From Balanoglossus misakiensis (taxonomy: Eukaryota; Animalia; Hemichordata): DNA of 64,000 nucleotides. The notes below the pieces were generated by a model. It ran no database searches. It was not told the DNA's origin and saw nothing but the letters and a program-made list of their open reading frames with translations. Below are positions 25,239 to 36,960 of the stretch, piece by piece. The DNA lies in the NCBI GenBank assembly GCA_040954595.2, contig CM082577.2, positions 18,822,303 to 18,886,302 of the forward strand, read 5' to 3'. Every line of letters begins with the position of its first letter. The stretch's first letter is position 1. The position numbers and the translations under genes are program-made.

Positions 25239-27191
25239 TTCCCTGATATCCTGTCCAAGCCCACTTAGAGACTCGCTGGGCTGGAGTACTCTTTGTCTTA
25301 ATTTTAAACGATAGGTGTCTTCCTGTCCCCCAAAACCAAATCTATGATCTAGTAGTTTGCACAGTTACTGGTATGTCAATGACTTTCTGTCAATTGATGT
25401 TAACAGCCGCTGGGCTGCCCCATACAACATGGCTTGGAGATACTTCAACTTTTCAACCTCTCTCCATTCATTTATTTCCGCATAAATTTCAAAGTGTGCG
25501 AAATAATCATGCCATGCAAGCGATCCATCATACTTATCAGGCTTAAGTATGGACCCGTGTTTACGTGTACATGATTTGCTATAGATCCTTCACTACGCAC
25601 GGCGATATACCGCAGTGCAAAATCGGTCAGTCAATAGTTAAATCACTTCACTGGAGAACACACAATTTCCACCCTCCTGAACCAAATACCTAGAAAACCC
25701 TAGCTAAACCTTGGAATCGAATTTCCTAACAGACTATTGTTGTTTCCCGTTCCGGCAGATAATTGTTTTGCTACCGTGTAGAGCGGGTAGATGAATCCAC
25801 CCACATAAGGAGTATGCCCCCGGCCCTACGCGTTTTGTGCAACATGCCGGATCGAACAACAACGACGTCTACCCAGTATGCAAGATGGCTACAATATGGC
25901 GCCAAAACGCATACACTCGCCTACACTAACAGAGTTACTTACAGTACAACTATCCCAACTGCTGCACACCAATGTTGTAGTTTTCTCAGCGTAGCTAGAT
26001 TTCTCGTCGTGGACCCGGTAATGGTAGCGTCGCCCACGATGAAATCCTCCCGTACACTTCAACTGGACTACCAACCACCTCGACAGGGTCGGATCGCTTG
26101 GAATAGTTGTCAGTGAACACCCTCTCACATGTACATTGACTCAGCGCAACACCAGCCGGAATGGTTAACAAGAACAACGGATTTATGTGTATTTCGACTG
26201 TGTTACAAACTTTCACGTCTGCCCAGTTCGGAGGTGGAAACCCAAGAGAGCGAGAATGAGGTGTATCCCCAGCAAAAGTAGCCCGCCCCAACTATTACCC
26301 AATCAGCACGAATGTGAAGTTCACGTGATATAGTCCGGCCAATCACAGTTCCAGCCTGCTTCCTGATAGGCTCAAGCAGCGGTAACTTTGCAAGGTTTTC
26401 CATGACATTATTGTGATATATAGGTGAGAAATATATTGGAAAATGTCTTCATAACAAAAATATGTCATGAAATTATTGACTAGCAAGAACCATGTGTATA
26501 TGTATGGCCAAGGGGAAATTTTTAACTTCTAGTTCTGAACATTAACGTTATTGCTCAGGCTACTGTAACCACATTCAAATAATACATACAATTTTCTGTT
26601 GCACCAGTGCTTTGACCTTACAGTAATTCTACCTCACGATGACGTCAGTCAGGGATCCCGTGAGATTGCACAAATCTCCCATGATTCAGTGCGCATTCTA
26701 CCCTTTTCAGTCTAGGCGTACTTTATCGGGGGTCCCCAAAAATTTGGGATTTCGCCGGAATTATTTACACTTTAAGTGAACCAAGTTCACGAGTGTGAAG
26801 ATCGAAAATATTCAATCATTATACCTCAAAGAAATCTGTGAAAATTTCACACATAAAGCCGAAAACGGCAAAACAGACGGCATGGCGAAGACCGCCAACA
26901 GTGCGAATGAACTGTCTGCACTCGAGTTGGACGCTGACGCTGCTGTGAGACCCTTATCAAGAGACTCCTCTCGTGCTATGACCAGAACCAATACTGTAGC
27001 TGGCAAAAGTAGGAAATCCGATAAGCCAACACAAGTTTCACGTGCAGATCGCAGACAAGAGATGATTAATATTACGTCCACTCGCAAGAACTCGAACTCT
27101 GAGGATCAAACAAATATGGCGCCTGTTCCATACAGCGCTGATTAATGGTGACGTCATCGTCCCCGTCCAGACACAGAAGCCCGCGCCGGGG

Positions 27192-28442
27192 TTGCTGGAC
27201 GGTACTGATAGAAATCACGTACCGATGGTTGCGGACATTCCGCTAACAACAGTGACGACGTCAAACAAAAATGCAAACCACGATTTGACTACAATTTTAG
27301 GTCACTTTTCGGCTATGCAACAACAATCCATGCAAGCCTTTGCACAGGTCATGTCCGATACTATGCACAAGACATTAGCCGAAGCCCTAACAGATGGCAA
27401 TCGCAAACGTCCCGCTGGGCCACGGAATGAAAATCATGACAGAAACATTGGAGGTAAGAGACCAAAAATCCCAATCAGCGGAGATGAACACGAGATTCAA
27501 AGACTTTCAGTTTTGGCAAATGAATATGATGGGACTAATCACGAAGTGGAAAGCGTATCGGCCCATTCAAACGCTGAGGAAGATATCGATACAATAGTAT
27601 CAAACATGATCGAATCGGAAATTCAGCAGACAACACAGTTCCAACAGGATGTAACTGCTGATACAGGGGATGAAACCGACAACGAAAGTGCATCGGTTGG
27701 GCTGGGACAAGCCTCAGATAACTGGCTCAGTGACCTTGCCCAAGAACTTGATTTGGACAACAAATTTGGGCCTCCAGTTGTAACAAAATTGGCTGAAATA
27801 GCCAACAAAATGATGACGACACCCCTGGGGAAAGATTGCTTGAAGGAGAAATTTAAGCAATACTATGCGCCTGAGAATTGTGACAAAGTCGTGGTGGCCA
27901 AAGTCAACAAAGAAATCTGGTACAAAGTAAAACCAGAAACAAGGTCTCGTGACATTAAGTTACAGGCTGTGCAAAAGTGCATGATCAAAGCCATGATACC
28001 AGTATTGCAAATAACTGATGGTTTACTTCACGCCAAGAAATCAGTTACAAAGGTCGATGTTTCCAAAACTGTGAAGCAGCTCACAGATTCCCTTGCCTTC
28101 TTGGGTCAAGGATGTTGGGAGATAAACCAAAGACGTAGAGCCATGATAAGGCCTGACCTTAATCGCCAATATCAGCAACTCTGCTCCAAACAAGTACCAC
28201 TGACAACATTCCTCTTCGGAGATGATCTTGCAAAGCAAGTGAATGACATCAAAACCACCAACCGGGTTAGCTCCAAGTTGTCAGGCAACCACAAATATAA
28301 AACTGTACAAGGCTATGGTCGTGGTGGCGGTTTCCGGGGCAACTACCAAAATGCAAGAGGAAAAAACTCTTACCCCTTCCGCAGAAAGCAGCAACATCAC
28401 AATGCTCCCTTGTGGAAGAAAGGGACAGAGGGCCAAAAGTAG
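27192..28442 (+). CDS. DIRS ORF1 (Gag-like)
   Basis: 416 aa, near-identical to 3718..4971. Confidence 0.75.
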   Translation: MLDGTDRNHVPMVADIPLTTVTTSNKNANHDLTTILGHFSAMQQQSMQAFAQVMSDTMHKTLAEALTDGNRKRPAGPRNENHDRNIGGKRPKIPISGDEHEIQRLSVLANEYDGTNHEVESVSAHSNAEEDIDTIVSNMIESEIQQTTQFQQDVTADTGDETDNESASVGLGQASDNWLSDLAQELDLDNKFGPPVVTKLAEIANKMMTTPLGKDCLKEKFKQYYAPENCDKVVVAKVNKEIWYKVKPETRSRDIKLQAVQKCMIKAMIPVLQITDGLLHAKKSVTKVDVSKTVKQLTDSLAFLGQGCWEINQRRRAMIRPDLNRQYQQLCSKQVPLTTFLFGDDLAKQVNDIKTTNRVSSKLSGNHKYKTVQGYGRGGGFRGNYQNARGKNSYPFRRKQQHHNAPLWKKGTEGQK

Positions 28443-28786
28443 TGGACATGCCCCAGGTTAGTGATGAAGGTGAGCACAAATACACAGAAAACGTGCCAGT
28501 CAAGCCATTTGAGGCAGGTGCACTGAGACATTATGTAAATAAATGGAAAGAAATTACGTCGGATGAAAGAATTTTGACCATGGTACAAGGTTGCGAAATT
28601 GAATTTGTGAAATCACCATGGCAAACCACAGTACGAACAATACAATTCAATGCCAAAGAGCAAGAAATTATTGACACTGAAATAAAAAAATTGCACATGA
28701 AAGGTGTGATTATCGAATCAGAGCACTGTAAAGGAGAATTTGTTTCCCCAATTTTTATCAGACCAAAGAAAAATAGCGTCAAGGAC

Positions 28787-29536
28787 GGCTAGTTATACTT
28801 TGCGAAACAGCGAAACGACGAAACCATTATTAAAATAGGGGCCAGTCATCAAGACGGTGGCGTATGATTTTTTTAAAAGTTTCCAAATAAGTTCCTGGTC
28901 TGCGGCCTGGTACTAGTGGTTGCGCGCCAAAAAAGAATCCCGCCCCAAAAGGTCAATGTACGAGTATATTCACAGGGCTAAGGATTAGTTGAAACAAAGC
29001 AGTAGTGTCCGTAAGCTTTCGAGGGTCAAACACTGATGGGGGGTAAGAGTAGTAGTTATATATAGAAACACATGTAACTCACACAACACAGTATCATTGT
29101 CGAAATTTCTTTATTATCTTAATTGCAATTCATGCCTCCCCGCCTTGTGGTATTTAAGGAAATAGTGACAGTTGCTGCAGCATTTTGAGGTTTCGATCTT
29201 TTGTGGTTTCGTTGTGCGCGCGCGTATATTCACTGTGTATATGTAGCAGTTTGGCATGAATCGTTTGCGCGCACACGACGTCGACTCTACCACTACATAG
29301 TACCAGGCCGCAGACCAGGAACTGGCGACCCGCCGTTTGTTTCCAACGCCAAATTTGATTCTAATGTTGAATTTCCGAGAAAACAATTTATCTGACCTGT
29401 AGTTTTCTTGGCTCGCTTACGTTTTAATTTGGAAACTTTTAAAAAAATCATACGCCACCGTCTTGATGACTGGCCCCTATTTTAATAATGGTTTCGTCGT
29501 TTCGCTGTTTCGTTGTTTCGCAAAGTATAACTAGCC
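28787..29536. mobile_element. 750-bp MITE with ~100-bp TIRs and 8-bp TSD (Merlin-like?)
   Basis: GGCTAGTTATACTTTGCG...CGCAAAGTATAACTAGCC; TCAAGGAC at 28779..28786 and 29537..29544. Confidence 0.88.
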
Positions 29537-29683
29537 TCAAGGACACTGTGGTCCCATTTGAGGATTATGCGGAAACAGTGACACACCAGAATAAAAATTA
29601 CAGGTGACATTGCAAGCAGATCTGCAAGCAGCAATATCGGGCCCAAGCCAACATAGCACATAGCAATATAGCAATAAGCATAT

Positions 29684-30845
29684 CTGCTCTGGATGCCAAG
29701 ATATGGAAAAGTATGTCAAAGGTCACCTGAGGTTATGCAAAATTTGGGCAAGAAATTTTGACCCTATACTGGTCCATGTTCAACAAAATCCAAACCTATA
29801 GCCCTATTGGTTAGCCTGGAATTAGGTATGCACATAATAAATGAGATATGCAGGTGTCACAGATGACCCCAAATTTTGGCTTTTCAATTTTAGTCCCAAC
29901 CCTCCAAACGCCAAGTCTGTACCTGCTCTGGATGCCAAGATATGATAAAGTAAGTCAAAGGTCACCTGAGGTCATGCAAAATTTGGGCAAGAAATTTTGA
30001 CCCTATACTGGTCCAGGTTCAACAAAAACCAAACCTATAGCCATATTGGTTAGCCTGGAATTAGGTATGCACATAATTAATGAGAAATGCAGGTGTCACA
30101 GGTGACCCCCAATTTTGGCTTTTCAATTTTAGTCCCAACCCTCCAAACGCCAAGTCTGTACCTGCTCTGGATGCCAAGATATGATAAAGTAGGTCAAAGG
30201 TCACCTGAGGTCATGCAAAATTTGGGCAAGAAATTTTGACCTTATACTGGTCCATGTTCAACAAAAACCAAACCTATTGCCCTATTGGTTAGCCTGGAAT
30301 TAGGTATGCACATAATTAATGAGATATGCAGGTGTCACAGGTGACCCCCCCAATTTTGGCTTTTCAATTTTAGTCCCAACCCTCCGAACGCCAAGTCTGT
30401 ACCTGCTCTGGATGCCAAGAAATGGTAAAGTAGGTCAAAGGTCACCTGAAGTCATGCAAAATTTGGGCAAGAAATTTAGACCCTATACTGGTCCATGTTC
30501 AACAAAAACCAAACCTATAGCCCTATTGGTTAGCCTGGAATTAGGTATGCACATAATAAATGAGATATGCAGGTGTCACAGGTGACCAATATTTTGGCTT
30601 TTCAATTTTAGTCCCAACCCTCCAAACGCCAAGTCTGTACCTGCTCTGGATGCCGAGATATAGGAAAGTAGGTCAAAGGTCACCTGAGGTCACCCAAAAT
30701 TTGGGCAAGAAATTTTGACCCTATACTGGTCCATGTCCCACAAGAACGAAACCTCTAGCCCTATTAGTTAGCCCGGAATTAGGTATGCACATAATTAATG
30801 TGTTAAGCAGGTGTTACAGGTGAGCCCAAAATTTTGCCTTTTATT
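29684..30845. repeat. ~239-bp tandem repeat, about 4.8 copies
   Basis: CTGCTCTGGATGCC recurs near 29684, 29923, 30162, 30403 and 30641. Confidence 0.93.
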
Positions 30846-31255
30846 TTGGCCCCATTGTGCTCACTGACCAATAGACAGTCACTGTACAGGACTATTGCAC
30901 AGACCAGAATTCCACAATAAGACGTGGACATAGCTTAACCATAGAGGTATAAGTAAAGGTATACATTTAATAAAAAGACTAAAAAATTCATAAAAAATAA
31001 AACATCAATGATATTAACTTAACACTTACAGGTCGATGTGAGGTTGACATAAGGTACATGCATACCAATTTTGAAAGCAATCTGACGAGTAGTTGTTGAC
31101 TTTCAGAGTTTTGATAAATTTCACATTTTTCCAGCTAATTTGCATATTTTTGGGCCTGGCAACTTCGTTTGGACAAACTCCCATCTACAGCCCAGCCTGC
31201 ACCTACACACCAAATATTGAGGTGATACGCGCAGCGGTTTTCAAGTTTTTGATGT

Positions 31256-31320
31256 GGACGGACATACAGACATACATCCATCCATACATCCATACATACA
31301 TCCATACATACATACAGACG
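31256..31320. repeat. Compound tetranucleotide microsatellite (GACA/CATA/CATC)
   Basis: GGACGGACATACAGACATACATCCATCCATACATCC... Confidence 0.85.
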
Positions 31321-32773
31321 CAACCGATCCCATAAGGTCCCATGGTATATATGCCTATACCAATGGGACCTAAAAATGGGGATTACCGATTGATACTGAA
31401 TTTGAAGTACTTGAACAAGCTTATAGCTTACCACCATTTTAAAATGGAGTCTCTATTGTCAGTGATAATGCTCATGAACAAAAATTGTTACATGGCCTCA
31501 ATAGATTTACAAGATGCCTATTACTCAGTACCCATTGCAGTGCATCATCAGAAGTATTTAAAGTTTGTCTGGAAGGGCCAGCTGTATCAGTATACATGTC
31601 TTCCAAATGGCTTGGCTTGTGCACCGAGATTATTTACTAAGTTACTCAAGCCGGTGTATGCTCACTTTAGAAATATGGGACATATATCAGCTCCATATAT
31701 TGATGACTCATATTTGCAAGGGGACTCATTTAGAGAATGTCAACTCAATGTCCAAAATACTTTCCAAACTCTATCAGAGTTGGGTTTTACCCCCAATAGG
31801 GAAAAATCTGTTATGGAACCTACACGCCTATTGGTATTTTTAGGGTTCTTATTAGACTCCAAACAGATGATAGTTTCACTCACAACAGAGAAAACTAAAA
31901 AATTAATTGCGAGTTGTCAACAGCTGCTACAAAATAAAAACCCTACCATCAGAGAGGTAGCACAAGTGATTGGGGTGATAGTATCATCATTTCCTGGAAT
32001 TCAATTTGGACCCCTTCACTATCGCAAACTGGAAGTTGACAAGTATATAGCATTAAGAAATGCTAAAGGCAATTTTGATGCATTCATGACATTGTCACAT
32101 GGAGCAAAAGCAGATCTGCAATGGTGGATCACTAATGCCAGCCAAAGTTTTAAACCAATATCACATGGTAAACCTGAAGTGTTGGTACGATCAGATGCTT
32201 CGAAAAAAGGGTGGGGAGGTGTAAAGGATACATTAACCTGTGGAGGACAATGGTCCCCGGAGGAATCACAACAGCATATTAATGAGCTGGAGTTAAAAGC
32301 AGCACTTTTCACCCTTAAATCATTATGTGGAGGATATACTGGCATGCATGTGAGAATAGAAATTGACGGTCATATGAATGTAACAGGTTAGCAACAGACA
32401 TTTGGAACTGGTGTATCCAAAACAAAATTTGGATATCTGCTGCCCACCTGCCTGGGGCAAAAAATGTTGAGGCGGATCAGTGCTCTCGTGAGTTTCGCCA
32501 TGAAACAGAATGGATGTTAAATAAAGAAATATTTGACTGCATAATTGAGAAATTTGGACAGCCTTCTGTAGGTTTATTCGCATCAAGATTGAATCACCAA
32601 ATGAAACCGTATATTTCATGGAGACCAGATCCTGAAGCACAGGCGGTCGATGCTTTCTCATTAACATGGTCATCTTATGCTCTCTTTTATGCCTTTCCTC
32701 CATTTAGTGTAATTGGCAGAGTATAACAGAAGGTGGAAATGGAGATGGCAGAGGGCATTCTCATAATTCCATA

Positions 32774-33910
32774 TTGGCCAACACAGAGCTGGTTTTCCAA
32801 GGCAATGCGACTGCTGACTGCACCGCCATTGATACTTCCGAGAAGTCCAACATTGTTGATAAACCAAGCAGTAAAGGACCAGAGGACCCATCCTCTCTTT
32901 CCAAGGCTAATCTTACTGGCATGTTGCTTGTCAGGACAAAGCTGGAAAGTCAAAACATTCTTCCAACAACTGCAGACATCATCATGTCTTCGTGGAGAGA
33001 CTCTACTAAAAGACAATATGAGCCATATTTACACAGATGGACTGTTTTCTGTAGCCAGAGGAAAATTGATCCAATTCATACAACTGTAGATCATGCATTA
33101 GAGTTCTTGACTGAACTTTACCATACAGGCTTAAAATACAGTGCCATAAACACTGCCAGATCAGCATTATCAAATGTAATTCAGCTGCCAACAAATACCA
33201 CTTTTGGTTCACACCAGTTAGTGGTGAGGTTTATGAAAGGAGTATTTCAAACTCGGCCTGCTTTGCCGAGATATGTTGAAGTTTGGGATGTGGATAAACT
33301 TTTGTGTTGCTTGAGGGAAATGTCCCCCATGAGATCACTGTGTTTAAAAGATCTCACCTTAAAATTAGTTGCATTGCTTGCTATTTTGTCAGGTCAGAGG
33401 TTACAGACCCTTCACTTGTTAAATATAAAGAAGATGATTGTTGGGCCATCTTCATACAAATTTCTTTTTGATAGTTTGTTAAAAACCACTAGACTTGGAG
33501 TTCATACATCAGAGTTAGAATTCACTGCTTTCCCGCCAGATAGGCGGTTATGTGTTGTATCACTTATTAGTGAATATTTACTTCACACAAAATCTTTGAG
33601 AAAACATGAAACTCAGTTGTTCATCAGCTTTGTAAAACCGTACAAAGCAGTTTCCAAGGATACGTTGTCTCGATGGATAAAATTAATGCTAACAAGAGCA
33701 GGTATTGATATTGCAAGATTTTCTGCTCACAGTACTAGAGCTGCTGCCTCATCGGCAGCAAATTGCAGAGGAGTTCCTCTAGAGGTTATAATGAATAGAG
33801 CAGGCTGGAGTAATGCATCTACATTTGCTAAGTACTATAACAAACCAATTAACAATCAAAGTTCGTTCTCTGAAGGATTACTTGCGTCATTTGCAGATAG
33901 CAACAAATGA
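32774..33910 (+). CDS. DIRS tyrosine recombinase
   Basis: 378-aa open frame with SGQR, HSTR, AGW and FAKYY (R-HxxR-W-Y catalytic set); overlaps the MTase frame. Confidence 0.92.
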   Translation: MANTELVFQGNATADCTAIDTSEKSNIVDKPSSKGPEDPSSLSKANLTGMLLVRTKLESQNILPTTADIIMSSWRDSTKRQYEPYLHRWTVFCSQRKIDPIHTTVDHALEFLTELYHTGLKYSAINTARSALSNVIQLPTNTTFGSHQLVVRFMKGVFQTRPALPRYVEVWDVDKLLCCLREMSPMRSLCLKDLTLKLVALLAILSGQRLQTLHLLNIKKMIVGPSSYKFLFDSLLKTTRLGVHTSELEFTAFPPDRRLCVVSLISEYLLHTKSLRKHETQLFISFVKPYKAVSKDTLSRWIKLMLTRAGIDIARFSAHSTRAAASSAANCRGVPLEVIMNRAGWSNASTFAKYYNKPINNQSSFSEGLLASFADSNK

Positions 33911-34036
33911 ACATGTTAAGCATTTAGTGAAACAGTGTTACTGATATTCATATTGCATAAGTTCAATACAGAGTTCATCTTAAAAAAGAGTTGTTTCTGA
34001 GTATTGTTTTTCTACATTTCGGGAACACAGCTTTCA

Positions 34037-34348
34037 AATCTCACGGGATCCCTGACTGACGTCATCGTGAGGTAGAATTCCCAAGTTAAATGAGACTTAC
34101 CTGTAAGTTGAAATTTGAATGGAATTCTACTGAACGATGAAAGTCAGGAAGGGATTACGTGCCCACCCAGTTTGGGTACAACCCACCCATAGTCATCAGG
34201 GATATATATTGTGTTCACTCAATTTGCGTTCAAGACTGAATCATGGGAGATTTGTGCAATCTCACGTAATCCCTTCCTGACTTTCATCGTTCAGTAGAAT
34301 TTCATTCAAATTTCAACTTACAGGTAAGTCTCATTTAACTTGGGAATT
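34037..34348 (+). repeat. DIRS internal complementary region and right terminus
   Basis: 34037..34079 is the reverse complement of 26625..26667; 34076..34161 of 34263..34348; 34235..34266 of 26659..26690. Confidence 0.93.
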
Positions 34349-35540
34349 AATTACTGCTACACAGGTCAGGAACACTGAGAAGGCGGCCTTAAATTATTCA
34401 TTTACATTTGAGGATTTTTTGCCCATTTGTTATGATGTAACTTTCAATATTTCTTGTTGTAGTATGAACTTTTCAATGTCAAAAAGTGATCAGACAACAC
34501 CTGTAGCTAAAAATCTAGTTGGTATTGATACATTTCGGATATATCTAAATTGTACCAATTTTAGTCTAGAAATATGTATACCTTACGTAGCTTTTGTTTT
34601 CAAACAAATGGTTCATTAGGTATACCTAAATTATGGTTCATTTGGTATACCTATTTATGGCAAAACGACCAAATCCAAGATTTTTTTTCCAACCGATTGA
34701 GGCATTTCAGGAATACCTAAATAGTACCTTTTCAATCGAAAAAGTATACTTTTGGTATACCAATTAGTAAATTTAAAGACCAAATCTGGACTACCTAAGG
34801 TAGCCCTTTTTTAAAGCAATACGTACATTTTAAGTATACCTAAATAGTACCTATTTAGTCCGGGAAAGTATACCTTAGGTATATTTCTAGTGTACCAGAA
34901 TTTCGTAAGGGTGTTCCTGCACACCACCCTATTGCTGCACAGTTCCTGCACAGGCCACCCTATTGCTGCACAGTTCCTGCACACAGGCCATCTTACTACT
35001 GCACAGTTCTTGCAGACTGTCCTATTCCTGCACAGTTATCGCTTGCCTTGTTCCTGCACTAGTGCAGCAACACCTCATTTGCATGCGAAAAAGTCGCCTT
35101 GCAGCAGAGCTGCAGCAACTTTCTATTACACCGGTGCTGCAACCTTCTGGTATTGCTACTGCAACAGTGCAGCAACACTGTGCAGGAGGCCTTAAATTTT
35201 CATAAGGGCTATATGTATGCACATAATTAATGATGTTTGAATATGATACTAGAAATGTACAGTACACTGATACACTGATCAGCTGACCTTTTGTTTACGC
35301 ATACGCCATTGCACCGTTCTCGATCTGTCTCCGAGTCTGAATTTTTCGCACCTATAGATTTTAAAGATTTTTGAAGTCTGCAAATTCACTGGCATTGACA
35401 AACCTATAACATAATAAGTATAATGTACGCCCCATAATGTACTCGGCATTCGCTTTGCACATTATGTTGCACAATGTGTGCTTTCGTCCATTATGGGTCT
35501 TTGGGGCGTACATTATTCTCTAACCAATGATCATTGCTCA

Positions 35541-36019
<479 letters not shown>

Positions 36020-36198
36020 CTGTTGAGGGTAAAGTAGAGAACACAAGTGATTTGGCTTACAGACTGACCAACACAGACGTGGACAAGGGTGTTATGTCTA
36101 TGAAAATCTACCTAAATATGTACATTCGCAATGGCAGAATTCATGAATGTTCCTGCAAACATCTTCAAAGAGCTACCTTGACTACCCAGTGACATTAA

Positions 36199-36960
36199 CC
36201 CTTTGAACCTCGCTCGGAGGTTTACCGCCGCAGGATGACCTTTTGACCCCTAATTTTTCAATATGCTGACGTCAAGGCATTTTCCCGCCGACATTGTAAA
36301 TCCAGCCATATGAAAGAAAGTTAGAAAGCTAGGGGACCCTAATGTGACCTTCCAAATGACTTGAAATCGATTCCTATGCGAGCGACTACATAAAAAATAG
36401 TGATATCCAAGCAGCGATTTTTAGCGAAAGTTGACAGAGATTTAAAAATGGCGACCCGACGACAGTTACGCATTGATCCATTGCAAGACGAGGATGCTTT
36501 CTGGGCTCATTTTGACCGAGTACTAGTAGATAGTAGCTCAGAAAGTGAAGATGAAGAACAAGACCAGCCTGACATCGTTATGGACCAAGATGGTGACCCC
36601 AACAGCGCGAACGATGAAGAAGAATTTGAGCCAGAGCCTGCGATCCAGCCACCCCCACCAGTTTGGCAACCAGTGAGAAGACTGCCCCGTGCCCGCAAAG
36701 TAAACCCACCACCTATGATATGGCAGGGCAACATAATAAACGGTAGGCAGGCTCCTATTTATAATCAACGACGTGGACCGACGAGACAAATGCCAGCTGA
36801 CAGTACACCATTAGATTATTTTCGGACATAAAGTCATAGTCATCGTCGTGTCGTGTCACAATAATTATTTTGGACATATGCTTACTGTGTGATGAAAGAT
36901 GAGAGTGCAGTCAAAAGGTCGGGCAGAATAATACAGAGAATCTGAAAATATTGTACCTTA
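36199..36960 (+). mobile_element. Internally deleted piggyBac 5' part (transposase N-terminus 36448..36831 plus possible CRD remnant)
   Basis: TTAA|CCC terminus; MATRR..SSSESEDEE..W..RGP..TPLDYF, then AYCVMK..SGRIIQ. Confidence 0.72.

Larger units (their letters stand above)
19948..26407 (-). mobile_element. Gypsy A copy 2 (decayed; 3' LTR truncated to 19948..20061, 5' LTR 25973..26407)
   Basis: PPT (TTGGGGGGAA on the minus strand) at 20062, fragmented gag/pol, PBS, TTAT after the 5' LTR. Confidence 0.95.
28775..31371. mobile_element. HINE/DINE-1-like (Helentron-associated) non-autonomous element
   Basis: Inserted in an A-run; GGTCCCAT near one end, hairpin GGTCCCATGGTATA..TATACCAATGGGACC at the other; central tandem repeat and tetranucleotide microsatellite; absent from DIRS copy 3. 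Confidence 0.75.
28412..33089 (+). pseudogene. DIRS RT-RNase H-MTase ORF, split by the 28775..31371 insertion and frameshifts
   Basis: RLILNLK, IDLQDAYY, LPNGL, YIDD, SDAS..GWG, HINELEL; C-terminal LFASRLN..VDAF..W..YAFPPF. Confidence 0.92.
26625..34348 (+). mobile_element. Full-length DIRS1-type tyrosine-recombinase retrotransposon, copy 2 (RT interrupted)
   Basis: ORF1, RT/RH, MTase-like domain, YR; inverted termini and internal complementary region at 34037..34161; AATT at both ends. Confidence 0.96.

Noticed and set aside
26408-26640. Independent site-specific targeting of the array by Gypsy A and DIRS
   Set aside because: Shared disabling lesions and near-identity between copies favour duplication after single insertions
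29684-30845. CRISPR-like array
   Set aside because: Contiguous 239-bp monomers with no unique spacers, no cas genes, and a eukaryotic context
28769-31377. AAAAAT as a true 6-bp TSD
   Set aside because: Not accepted: HINE-type elements end in and insert into A/T runs, so the boundary is ambiguous
32774-33910. Prophage or bacterial integrase
   Set aside because: Lies within a DIRS element with RT/RH and an ICR
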